A stretch of DNA of 64,000 bases from an uncultured Acidobacteriaceae bacterium (GCA_963850165.1 CAWKKK010000010.1:56799-120798); one strand, 5' to 3'. Shown: positions 8,320-19,745, counted from the first letter of the stretch. Notes: a model not told the origin generated them from the letters alone. Translations and numbers: made by a program.

Positions 8320-10071
8320 ATGAGTCTGCTCCGCCGACATCGCTGGTTTGTGCTCGCGAGCGGGATAACGCTGGCGTTCGCCGTCGTGTCGCTGACGGTA
8401 CCGCGCGGTCCGGTCTTGACCGCGATTTTCGACATTGGCTATCTACTGCTCACGCTCGCCGTGGGCGGCGTCATGCTGGCCAATGCATGGTCGGCACAGG
8501 GCGCCAACCGCCGCTTTTGGGGCCTCATGGGATCGGGATGCATTCTCTGGGCTTGCAATCAGGCGGCATGGGTCTATTGCGAGGTCTTGCGCCACATAAG
8601 CTTTCCCGATCCGTCGATCATGGATGTGTTCTTGTTCCTCCACCTGGTTCCCATGATCGCGGCCGTAGGGCTGCGTCCGCATCGGAGCGAAGCCGGTCAG
8701 AAATTCCGCGTCGGAGCGCTGGACTTTCTCATGCTCGTGGTTTGGTGGGTGTTCCTCTACGCCTTCGTTGTGTTCCCGTCGCAATACGTGGCACTAAACG
8801 TGGCAGAGTACGACCGGAACTTCGGCCCGCTCTATATGGTCGAAAGCGGCGTGCTGGTGTTGGTGCTGGGCATCGCCTCCCGCGGCGCATCCACTGGGTG
8901 GAAGATGGTCTACCTGAATCTGATGGGGGCCAGTGCGCTCTACGCGCTCGATTCGCAGGCCGTGAACCTGGGACTCACGACCGGATCGTACTACACGGGA
9001 AGTCTCTACGACGTTCCCCTGCTGGGCGCAGTGAGTTGGATGTTGGCGACCGCTCTGGCCGCCCGCGCATCGCAACCCGAAGCCGCTCCGCCCAAAGTCG
9101 AAGACAAATGGAGTGCGATGGCGTTGCGGCTGGCAATGCTGGCGATCCTTTCCCTGCCGGCCCTCGGCCTGTGGGCCTATCGATGGGACGACTCCCCCAC
9201 CCTTGCCCGCACGTTTCGCCTCTTCACCATCCTGGCAGCGATGCTGGTGCTGGGCGCGTTCGTCTTCATGCGGCAGTATCTTCAGGATCAGGCCCTGATC
9301 CGTCTCCTTGAGGATTCGCGTCGCAGCTTCGACCACGAGCAACGCTTGCAGAGCCACCTGGTGCAAAGAGAGAAGCTCGCTTCCTTGGGCCAGTTGGTCG
9401 CAGGAGCGGCGCATGAGATCGACCATCCCCTCACGGCGATCATGGAGTATTCCGAGAAGCTATGGTCGAATGAGCGCCTCACCAGCGAGCAGGACGTGCT
9501 CGTGCGCAAGATTGTGAACCAGTCCCAGCGCACCCGCGAGCTGGTTTCGAACTTGCTGAGTTTCGCCCAGCAAGGTTCCGGAGAGAAGTCGATGGTGGAT
9601 TTGTGCACCCTTCTGCAGCGCAGCGTGCAAATGCGCGGGCTGCAACGGCACGATCAGAAAATCCGCATCGAATCCGCGATCACACCGGACCTGCCCAAGG
9701 TGTGGGGCGACGGCCACCAGTTGTTCCAGGTGTTCGCCCAGATCGTCGAGAACGCTTTCGACGCCCTCGAAGAAGCCGGCGGAGGCTTGCTCCACGTCAG
9801 CGCCCGCTTGCAGGCAGAAGAAGTCGTAATCCAGTTTTCCGATAATGGCCCAGGCGTAAAAGAGCCGCATCGCGTCTTCGATCCTTTCTATACCACCAAG
9901 CCCATCGGCAAAGGCACAGGTCTCGGCCTGAGCGCCGTCTACGGCGTGGTGCAGGACCATCGCGGACAAATCACCTGCCAGAACAAGCCCGAGGGCGGAG
10001 CCGTGTTCACGCTCCACCTGCCCGTGGCGAATCAAGCCGAATCCCACGCGCTGGCCGCGGCACAGTCATAG
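8320..10071 (+). CDS. membrane sensor histidine kinase
   Basis: Polytopic N-terminus, an H-box (AAHEIDHPLTAI), and HATPase_c N and G boxes (ENAFDA.., DNGPG.., GTGLGLSAVYG). Confidence 0.88.
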   Translation: MSLLRRHRWFVLASGITLAFAVVSLTVPRGPVLTAIFDIGYLLLTLAVGGVMLANAWSAQGANRRFWGLMGSGCILWACNQAAWVYCEVLRHISFPDPSIMDVFLFLHLVPMIAAVGLRPHRSEAGQKFRVGALDFLMLVVWWVFLYAFVVFPSQYVALNVAEYDRNFGPLYMVESGVLVLVLGIASRGASTGWKMVYLNLMGASALYALDSQAVNLGLTTGSYYTGSLYDVPLLGAVSWMLATALAARASQPEAAPPKVEDKWSAMALRLAMLAILSLPALGLWAYRWDDSPTLARTFRLFTILAAMLVLGAFVFMRQYLQDQALIRLLEDSRRSFDHEQRLQSHLVQREKLASLGQLVAGAAHEIDHPLTAIMEYSEKLWSNERLTSEQDVLVRKIVNQSQRTRELVSNLLSFAQQGSGEKSMVDLCTLLQRSVQMRGLQRHDQKIRIESAITPDLPKVWGDGHQLFQVFAQIVENAFDALEEAGGGLLHVSARLQAEEVVIQFSDNGPGVKEPHRVFDPFYTTKPIGKGTGLGLSAVYGVVQDHRGQITCQNKPEGGAVFTLHLPVANQAESHALAAAQS

Positions 10072-10130
10072 ACTGGTTTCAGCTTCGCGCTTCTCATCCC
10101 GCTCCCTGCCATTCCTGTACCATAAATTCA

Positions 10131-12651
10131 ATGCCTCAACCGCTAATCCACAACTCCACGCGCGTGCTGGAGTTCGACGCCCTGCGCGACCTGCTGCGCG
10201 GATACGCGTCCTCGCCGCCAGGCCAGGCAAGGATCGCGGCTCTTGCCTCTTCCACCGATTCCGTGTGGATCAGCGAGCAACAGGAACTGACCGCGGAACT
10301 GCGAGAGTTCCGCCGCGTAGGCGGGCGCTTCGATTTTTCCGGCCTGCTGGACGTCACAACTCTGGTAAAGAAGTCCCGAATCGCCGGCGCAGTGCTCGAA
10401 ACCACGGAGATCCGAGACGTAGTGCTGGTTGTGGACCGCGCCGCGGAATGGCGCGAGATCGCCTTTCATCCTCCCGCGAACATGCAGACGGAATGGCGCC
10501 GCACGCGAACGCTTTCAGAAAGCGTTCCCGACTTCACCGAGTTCCTCCGTTCTTTCCGCAACAAGATTCAGCCCGACGGCACGCTGGAAGACCGCGCGTC
10601 GCCCGAACTGGCGCGGATTCGCCGCGACATCGAAAAGCAGAGGCGCGGTGATTCAGGAATCGCTGCGCGGATATTTGCGGCGTCTGGCCGAGGGCGGCGC
10701 GGTGCAGGACGAATTAATCACCATCCGCGGTGAGCGCTTCGTCATCCCGGTGAAAATCGAGCAGAAACGGCGCGTCCAGGGCGTGGTGCATGGAGCGAGT
10801 TCGAGCGGCCAGACCGTGTTCGTAGAGCCGCTGGAAACCATCGAGCAGAACAACGAACTGGTCCGTCTGCTCGACGAGGAGCAGGCGGAGATACATCGCA
10901 TCCTGCTGGAAATGACGCGCCGCATCGGCGAGCAAGCCGAGGCAATTCTGGCGTCAGCCGAAGTGCTAAGCGAGTTGGAACTCCAGTTCGCCAAAGCCCG
11001 CTTCGCCGAAGACTATAACTGCGTGGCTGTGCAGTTAAGCACGCCTGCCGCAAGCCAGCAAGAATGTGGGGACGGCCGCCCTCCTGTCCTCGCGGCCGAA
11101 GCCCCGAGCGAAGCCGAGGGGGAAGCTCGCTTGCTCTTGCATAATGCGAGCCATCCCTTGCTGGAGAGGAACTTAAAGCTCAAGGGCGCAACTGTAATCC
11201 CGATCACCATAGAACTCGAAGGCGCCCGCCGCCAGCTGGTAATCACCGGACCCAACACCGGCGGAAAAACAGTAACGCTAAAAACGGTAGGTCTGCTGGC
11301 GCTAATGGCGCAGTCAGGAATCCCCGTTCCCGCCGACCGTGCCGAGATGCCGGTCTTCGACGCGGTGCTCGCCGATATCGGCGACTATCAATCGATCGAG
11401 CAGAATCTCTCCACTTTTTCCGCGCACGTCACCAACATCGATTTTGTCTCGCGAACCGCGACCGCCAACTCGCTTGTGCTGCTGGACGAGCTGGGTTCGG
11501 CAACCGATCCCGAGGAAGGTGCGGCGCTGGCGGTGGCGATTGCCGGCTACTTTGCCCGCATCGGCTGCATGACGGTAATTTCGACGCATCACACGTCGTT
11601 GAAGGTCTACGGAGCAAATACGCCGGGCGTGATCAACGCGTCGGTAGGCTTCAATGAGACGACACTGCAGCCGACGTACGAATTGAAGATGGGAGTGCCC
11701 GGCGCGTCGGCGGGAATCAACATCGCCCAGCGCCTGGGATTGAACCCAGCGATCATCCAGGCAGCACGGGCGCGGCTGGGAACGCAGGCTCGCGACGTGG
11801 GCGAATTTCTGGACAAGCTTCATGCCGGCCTGCGCGAGGCAGACAATGAGCGGTTCCGCCTGAAGGCGCTTGAGCAAGAACTGGATCACGAAAAGACCCG
11901 CCTGGCAGCCGAAGGCAAGAAAGAGCAGCAGGCCAAGGTCCGTGAAATGGAGAAGAAGCTGGAAAGCGTTCTGCGCGACTTTGAATACCACGCTCGCGAG
12001 GCGGTGAATGCGATCCAGGACAAGGCAGCGGCGCAGAAGCTTTCGAAAGACGCCGAGCGGCGCATTGCCAGGATGCGGCGGGAATTCCGCGAGCAGTTCG
12101 ATTCCACCGTGGTGGGGCATACGAGCGGAGCGGACCAAGGCGATCCGCATGCTCAACCGCAGGTCGTGAAGCATGTTTCTGAAGGCGACAGCGTCAAGCT
12201 GAAATCAACCGGCCGCGCAGCCACCGTCGTTCGCAAGTTGGATGACGATCACTTCGAAGTGGCGATGGGTGCAATGAAGATGAAGATAGCGCGCGACGAT
12301 ATCGCCGAAGTGTTTTCGAACGTGAGGGCCGGCAACTCCCCCGTGCAGGCAGCGCGAGCGAGGGGAATCTCGGTGTCGCTGAATAACGAAAACGAAGGCC
12401 AAAACGCGCCGTCTGAAATCAACGTGATCGGCTATAACGTGGACGACGCCACGCGTGCCGTGGAAAAATTCGTCGACCACGCCTTTCTAGCCGGACTCCC
12501 ACGCGTGCGAGTAGTCCACGGCAGCGGCATGGGCATCCTCCGCAAAGCGCTCCGGCAGGCCCTGCAGCAGCATCCTCACGTAGAATCAGTAGCCGAACCT
12601 CCGCAAAACGAAGGCGGCGGCGGGGCCACGGTAGCGGAGTTGCGGCTGTAG
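10131..12651 (+). CDS. mutS2: endonuclease MutS2 (Walker A GPNTGGKT, C-terminal Smr domain); frameshifted near 10640-10648
   Basis: Two overlapping track ORFs (10131-10733 and 10429-12651) join as ..ELARIRRDIEKQRR / AVIQESLRGYLRRL... The downstream part has GPNTGGKT, DELGSATDP and the Smr motif VVHGSGMGILR. Confidence 0.85.
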
Positions 12652-12835
12652 GTTTGTCATGCAGAGCATGACAGAAGAAAACGAATAAAGCCGGCTTTTT
12701 CCAAGGGCATCAACGGCATACCTGCTTATTCCACAGCTTCTCCACAACAATCCGAGTCCGGTATATTCCCATTAGCGGCACTCTAGCTCACAATCCCAAT
12801 GGAAGAACTGTTTGTCGCACCTAGCCCGCCCATCC

Positions 12836-14827
12836 ATGCCCACTGAAGATTTCAAAGAGACGGTCAAACAACAAGCAGACATCGTCCGCATCATCGGCGA
12901 CTACATCAAGCTGAAGAAGGCTGGGGCGCAGAACTATTCGGGGCTCTGTCCGTTTCACGGCGAGAAGACACCGTCGTTTTCGGTACATGCCACGCGCCAG
13001 TTTTATCACTGCTTCGGCTGCGGCGTCTCGGGAGATGTGTTCAGCTTCGTACAAAAGATCGAGAACATCACTTTTCCCGAGGCCGTCCGCGTCGTGGCGC
13101 AGAAGCTGGGCATTCCGCTGCCGAAAGCCACATATTCGAGCCCGGCGGAAGCCCGGGATGCCAAAGTGCGCGCGCAGTTGCTCGACATTCAGGAACGCGC
13201 CGCCGCATTTTTCCAGGAATGCCTGAGACGTCCCGAGGGAGCGCGGGCGCGCGAGTATCTGCAAGGACGCGGGCTGGATGCAGAGACGATAGAGCGCTTT
13301 CGCATCGGCTACGCGCCAGATTCCGGCTTCCTCCTACGCGACCGCGTAGCCGGCGAGTTCAGCGAAGAAGTGCTCCGAGAGAGTGGCTTGTTCTCATGGA
13401 AAGAGGGTGCCCCGTCCTCGTCCGTCCGCTCTTTGGACGGACAGGCCAGCCTTGAGCAAAGCCGAAGGGGCGGGGATCTTGATTCCGCGCCGGGTTCAGA
13501 GCCCGAAGCCCGAAGCCCGAAGCCCGAAGCCCGCATCTACTCCAAGTTCCGCAACCGCGTAATGTTCCCCATCACCAGCGACGCAGGAAGAATCATCGCG
13601 TTCACCGGACGCACGCTCGCCACCGACGAAAAGTCCGGTCCCAAGTACTTGAACTCACCCGAGACCGGGATCTATTCCAAAGGCCGCGTCCTATTTAACC
13701 TCGACAAAGCAAAAGAAGCGATCCGCAAGCTCGATTACGCCATCCTGGTCGAAGGTCAAATGGATTGCATTTCCGTCTACGCCGCCGGATTTCACAACGT
13801 CATCGCCAGCTCCGGCACGGCATTCACCGAGATCCAGGCGAAGTTGCTGGGCCGCTTCAGCAAGAACGCCGTGGTCAACTTCGATCCCGACACCGCCGGA
13901 GCCAAGGCCACCGAGCGCACCCTGGGTCTGCTGGTCGAAGAAGAATTTCAGATCAAAGTCCTGACGCTCGAGCCAGGCTTCGATCCCGATCTCTTCATCC
14001 GTCGCAAAGGCAAAGACGCGTACGGCGAAGCACTGCGAGGTTCGCAAAAGTATTTCGATTATCTGATCGACCGCGCGCGCAGTAATTTTCCGGTGCGAAC
14101 TCCCGAGGGCAAACAGAAGGCAGTGAACTATCTGTTGCCGCACATTCAACGCGTCCCCAGGCGCATCGTGCGCGACGAGTTGAGCCAGGAGATCGCCCAG
14201 AAGCTCGGAATCGACTCGGCGGTGTTGCGCCAGGAACTGCGCCACGTGGCGGCCGATCGCTCGGCGGCCACGGTGAAAGCCCCGCTAGAGGCCCAGGCAA
14301 CCGACGCCGAGCGCATCCTCATCCGCGCCCTCGCCTCAGCCCGCCAGATGCAGCCGGGAGCCAGCCATCTCTCCGCCCGCGACGGCGCTCGCGAGATTGT
14401 TAAGGAAGAAGCATTCGACCCCGCCCGCCAGGCGCAGTTCGCCTTCCAGAGTGAGGCCCTGCATCGCGGCCTCGCCACCGAATCGCTGGTCGAGGCCCTC
14501 CTCGATGCCGGAGCCGAAGTTGCCGATGTAATGGATGTATCGTGCTCTGAAACTGAGCGCCGCATGCTCGCTTCCATCCTTTTGAAAGAGGACGAAGAAC
14601 TCAGCCCCGAGCGCCTGGAAGGCGCGGTCCGAGCCCTGCGCCGCATTCACCTGCGTCGCCGGCTCGAACAAGTGCAGCGCCAACTAAACCAACCCGGCGT
14701 CGCTGCCGACAAGGTACTCAGGAACGAGTTGCTCCTCGAAAAAGATCGGCTAAGCCGCGCGCTGAGGGATCCCAGCCTCGCGGAAGACGGGCTTAGAACG
14801 GGTCCCGGAACCAAGAAAAGTGCCTGA
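12836..14827 (+). CDS. dnaG: DNA primase
   Basis: CHC2 zinc finger (CPFHGEKTPSFSV..YHCFGCG), a Toprim block (ILVEGQMDCIS) and a C-terminal helical domain. ATG 12836 is preferred over the TTG at 12812. Confidence 0.93.
   Translation: MPTEDFKETVKQQADIVRIIGDYIKLKKAGAQNYSGLCPFHGEKTPSFSVHATRQFYHCFGCGVSGDVFSFVQKIENITFPEAVRVVAQKLGIPLPKATYSSPAEARDAKVRAQLLDIQERAAAFFQECLRRPEGARAREYLQGRGLDAETIERFRIGYAPDSGFLLRDRVAGEFSEEVLRESGLFSWKEGAPSSSVRSLDGQASLEQSRRGGDLDSAPGSEPEARSPKPEARIYSKFRNRVMFPITSDAGRIIAFTGRTLATDEKSGPKYLNSPETGIYSKGRVLFNLDKAKEAIRKLDYAILVEGQMDCISVYAAGFHNVIASSGTAFTEIQAKLLGRFSKNAVVNFDPDTAGAKATERTLGLLVEEEFQIKVLTLEPGFDPDLFIRRKGKDAYGEALRGSQKYFDYLIDRARSNFPVRTPEGKQKAVNYLLPHIQRVPRRIVRDELSQEIAQKLGIDSAVLRQELRHVAADRSAATVKAPLEAQATDAERILIRALASARQMQPGASHLSARDGAREIVKEEAFDPARQAQFAFQSEALHRGLATESLVEALLDAGAEVADVMDVSCSETERRMLASILLKEDEELSPERLEGAVRALRRIHLRRRLEQVQRQLNQPGVAADKVLRNELLLEKDRLSRALRDPSLAEDGLRTGPGTKKSA
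13501..13534. repeat. GCCCGAA heptanucleotide tandem repeat (about 4.7 units) inside dnaG
   Basis: gcccgaa x4 followed by gcccgc. Translated in frame as EPEARSPKPEAR, within a low-complexity insertion of DnaG. Confidence 0.9.
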
Positions 14828-14911
14828 AACAAAATAGCGGTTAGAACCATCTAAGTATTTAGCAGAATTAGATTTAGCGGCGTCTGACCGGGAGATCAGC
14901 GGGGCAAGTGA

Positions 14912-14940
14912 TAGACGGAGCAGCACTTATGTGTTATAGT
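14912..14940 (+). promoter_or_regulatory. candidate sigma-70 promoter for rpoD (TAGACG, 17 nt spacer, TATAGT)
   Basis: Hexamers at 14912-14917 and 14935-14940 in an AT-rich spacer about 105 nt upstream of the rpoD start. Pattern match only. Confidence 0.3.
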
Positions 14941-15046
14941 CTGTAAGTTTGTGCTAGGGCACAACTCCGCGCTACCCCAGATTCCCACCTTAACAGGCCG
15001 CACCACACGCTCCGCGCGAGCGAATTGAAGAATTTGAGGAACACCT

Positions 15047-16738
<1,692 letters not shown>

Positions 16739-16776
16739 CAGAATCACGTGGGGACGACCGCCTCGGCCGTCCGAAA

Positions 16777-17402
16777 GCCGCGAAGCGGCGATAGAATGCA
16801 GCCCAAGGCGCAAGCCCTGGGTTTTCTTTCGAGGCGCGCAACCAAGCCCTGTAGGGGCGGAAGACGATCAATCCCAAATATACCGCTCGTCGTACGCAAC
16901 GTTGTTCTTCTTCAGAAACACCACAAACTCCTCCTGAAACGATCGATTCCGGTGATGCTCCTCCTGCGTCGCGATGTATTTTGTGACGGCTGGAACGCTT
17001 GACTCGCTAACACTGAATACACCATATCCAGCTTGCCACGCGAACTCTTTGTGGCCCTTCTTTCGAATCCATCCTGAGGAATTTGTCTTGACGATGCGTG
17101 CGATCTCGGCAATGGATTGTGCCGGGCGAATACGCATCAGCATATGGACGTGATCACAGGTTCCGTTAATGATCAACGCTGTACCGCGCAACTCCCGCAC
17201 AATGCCGCCCAGGTACGCAAAAAGGTCGGCGCGAATGCCTGACGCAATCAAAGGCTTACGCAGTTTGGTGCTGAAGATCAGGTGCACCACGACATTGCCG
17301 CAGGTCTGCGCCACGTATCTTTCGCCCTTTCAGGGCTTGTTTCCCGATTCACCTTTACCCAGGGCTTGCGCCCTGGGCTGCAATCTGTCGCCGCTTCGCG
17401 GC
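16777..17402. mobile_element. RAYT/IS200-like unit: transposase gene bracketed by about 80-nt inverted REP-type repeats
   Basis: 16777-16822 matches the reverse complement of 17357-17402 at 43 of 46 nt, each with a cccagggc-GCAA-gccctggg hairpin. Similarity continues to 16858 and from 17321. Confidence 0.8.
16868..17314 (-). CDS. REP-associated tyrosine transposase (Y1 HUH, IS200/IS605-like)
   Basis: 148 aa containing VVVHLIFSTK, the HUH motif CDHVHMLM and the catalytic Tyr region AGYGVFSVS. Confidence 0.85.
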   Translation of the reverse strand: MAQTCGNVVVHLIFSTKLRKPLIASGIRADLFAYLGGIVRELRGTALIINGTCDHVHMLMRIRPAQSIAEIARIVKTNSSGWIRKKGHKEFAWQAGYGVFSVSESSVPAVTKYIATQEEHHRNRSFQEEFVVFLKKNNVAYDERYIWD

Positions 17403-17677
17403 TGATCGATTGTGGTACCGATCGTTGCGGGAAGGATGTGACGGATATCACAATGTGCAGACAGGTATTTGTTCGTTCCCGAAACGGTGCGAGACCGACG
17501 ATTTGCATTTGTCCGCTACCGGAGCCATCCGTCTGCGTGCAACTGCCCGGCGACCTATCATAGTTGGTGTCTGGCAGACGGTGTTCAGTGCGGAAGCCCC
17601 GAGTGAATCTCGGGCTTTTGCTTTTGCGTTCGTGGCGCCCACCCTTCGAAAATCGCGAAGGGCCTCCCCCGTTGGTG

Positions 17678-18680
17678 TCAGGGCTTAAAGCCAAACTGCT
17701 CGTCAAGTACGATCTTTGACAGCTTAAAACCGTCGACAAGGGCAATGGGATTCTTGCCTTCTTCGCGTGGCCTCGTTGATCGCTGCTTTTGAGAAATGGC
17801 TGGTCGTGAGGACAGCGCGCCTAGCAAATGGTCCCAGGCTCCCGCGCAGCTCGGCGACTTCTTTCCTCCCAACTGAGTGCAGCCAGCGTTTCGCTTGTAC
17901 CTGGACTACCGTGTCCTCGAAGATCCAAATTCGGCCACCTGTTCTCGCGTTCACGTCGACGCCGCCGTCGGCGGTGAATCTCGTGACACAAACATCTCGA
18001 AAGCCACAATGGACAAGCAATTCCTTGACGAACACCTCGAAGCGCCTAGGCTCCATCGCCAAGAGCCTCCCACGAACTTCTTCGATTTGTTTGACATTTT
18101 CGGCCTGCGGCCGGCTGCCTCCATCGACGATCTCGTCATCGGCAGAATTGCTGGCGTCCTGAAGCCTGGACGCAGTGATTACCTGGCTCGCGACGGCCGC
18201 ATCGGCCGCGAGCGGGAGGACCTGTTGCTCGTCGTGAATCTTGAATTCGAAGAGCCAAACCTTCCGGACCTTGCCGTCCGCGTCGAGCTGAGTGTCCGGA
18301 TAGTGTCGGAGATACTCGAGCAATCCCAAATATTTCCAACGTTTTGCTCCGACAGACTTATCCCTTCTGCTGGCAATTAAGGAGAACCCGTGTATTGGGA
18401 AATTGAGGATCTTTTGCTCGATCAATCGGCTGTTTCCGCCAGCGAGCGTCTGTTGGCCAAGTTTTCCTGCCGCCGTGTAGGTCACGATGCCGCCCTCAAG
18501 TCTGTCGTGGTAGGGATTCTCACGGGCTCCGTGGAAGCTCTGATCGGAGGTCATAATCGTCGCTCTCAGAACCGCTTTGTCTGAGATTGAGAGGCGAATG
18601 CCGCCAGCATTCGACACTTTGAGAGATCTGAATATCTCGTCGTTTGAGTAAAGCTGTCCTACCGCCAATTCTTCGATCAT
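17678..18680 (-). CDS. Mrr-type restriction endonuclease with an N-terminal SRA/PUA-like domain; frameshifted near 17765
   Basis: The C-terminal half has a Mrr_cat-like core (FEVFVKELL..TADGGVDVNA..VVQVQAKRW..VGRKEVAELRG). The tail switches frame: ..SKAAINEATR then EEGKNPIALVDGFKLSKIVL.. (track ORFs 17724-18680 and 17678-17872). N-terminus: YTAAGKLGQQTLAGGNSRL. Confidence 0.7.
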
Positions 18681-18800
18681 CGACGCCCGCGACCTCCAAT
18701 GGGGCAGATGATTATAGAATACGGACTGGCGAATCGAGGGCAGTCCTAAGGGGCGCTCGATGCGCGTGCCTGGGGGAAGTCAGGAGAGCGGGGAGAACAC

Positions 18801-19067
18801 ATGGTAGCAAGCGAGGGCGGGAAGACCGCAGTCAGGCTGGGCGCGGATGGCGTGAGTACGATCGTTGCCGCACTCAGATTGTTCCAGAGAACCTATCAGG
18901 ATCGTGACGACGAGGCGCTCTCGCAGGACTTCCCAGAGATCTTTACGGCGCAGCACCTCCGCTTCGGCGTTGTTGTCGAGCCCGCTCCGCTGCGCGCTGA
19001 CGACATCGACGATCTATGTGAACGGTTGAACGGGTTGGACGAGCTAGAGTTGAAGGTAACTGAGTAA
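18801..19067 (+). CDS. small acidic hypothetical protein (88 aa)
   Basis: ATG preceded by GGGGAG. The sequence is D/E-rich with no motif I recognise. Its TAA stop overlaps the ATG at 19067 (TAATG). Confidence 0.5.
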   Translation: MVASEGGKTAVRLGADGVSTIVAALRLFQRTYQDRDDEALSQDFPEIFTAQHLRFGVVVEPAPLRADDIDDLCERLNGLDELELKVTE

Positions 19068-19745
19068 TGCGTTCGGCGGTTTGTCGCTGAAGAAGTCCCC
19101 ACGGATCGAGGCGTTTATCATCTGTTCCGGAATGGAGCCCTAGTCTACGTGGGAAAGGCTGACAACCTGAAGAACCGGCTGTCCGAACATCTCTCCAAGA
19201 TCATGGGGCGGCAAAACATCGAAGCTAGCGAGATGACTTTTACCTGCCTCACTGTGCATAAGAACTGGGCTGCACTAGCGCCCGAATCCACTCTCATCGC
19301 CTACTACAAAAAGCAGTCGGGCGGCCTCTGTGAGTGGAACGGGATCAGTTTCGGACCACACGACCCAGGCCGAGAGCGAGAAACGTCAGACAAACCGCCG
19401 GACGGATTCGACAGCCAGTTTCCCATCCACGCTGACTGGCCCTGCAGCAGCGTCACTGCGGGAAACTGGAACATCAGAGAATTGCTGATCTTGATGAAGG
19501 AGAAAATGCCCTTTGTCCTCAGATACGAAGCCGTGAAGAAAAATTATCGCCGGGGGCATCCGGACTACAACGACTTGACTGTCGTGGTGCCGCGCAGTGG
19601 AATGCCCGCGAACGAATTACTCCGGCTCATCACTGAGAAGATTCCGGGCTGGCAAGCCACTCAATTCCCGAGTCACATGATTCTATATAAGGAATCAAGG
19701 GATTATGTCCACGGGACTGTGATCTGGCGGCAGGCCCCATCCTGA
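19067..19745 (+). CDS. GIY-YIG nuclease, Eco29kI-like; the 5' end needs a 1-nt frame correction in the T-run 19080-19082
   Basis: The frame upstream of track ORF 19149-19745 stays open and encodes RGVYHLFRNGALVYVGKADNLKNRLSEH (GIY-YIG). Later comes WNGISFGPHDPGRERE. No in-frame ATG, GTG or TTG lies between the TAA at 19065 and the GIY motif. Confidence 0.65.

Noticed and set aside
8298-9311. 337-aa plus-strand ORF overlapping the histidine kinase gene in another frame
   Set aside because: Arg/Gly/Pro-rich with no TM or kinase features. The 8320-10071 frame gives a coherent membrane histidine kinase.
12687-12700. Terminator after mutS2 (aaagccggcttttt)
   Set aside because: The stem is only about 4 bp with no loop, which is too weak to call.
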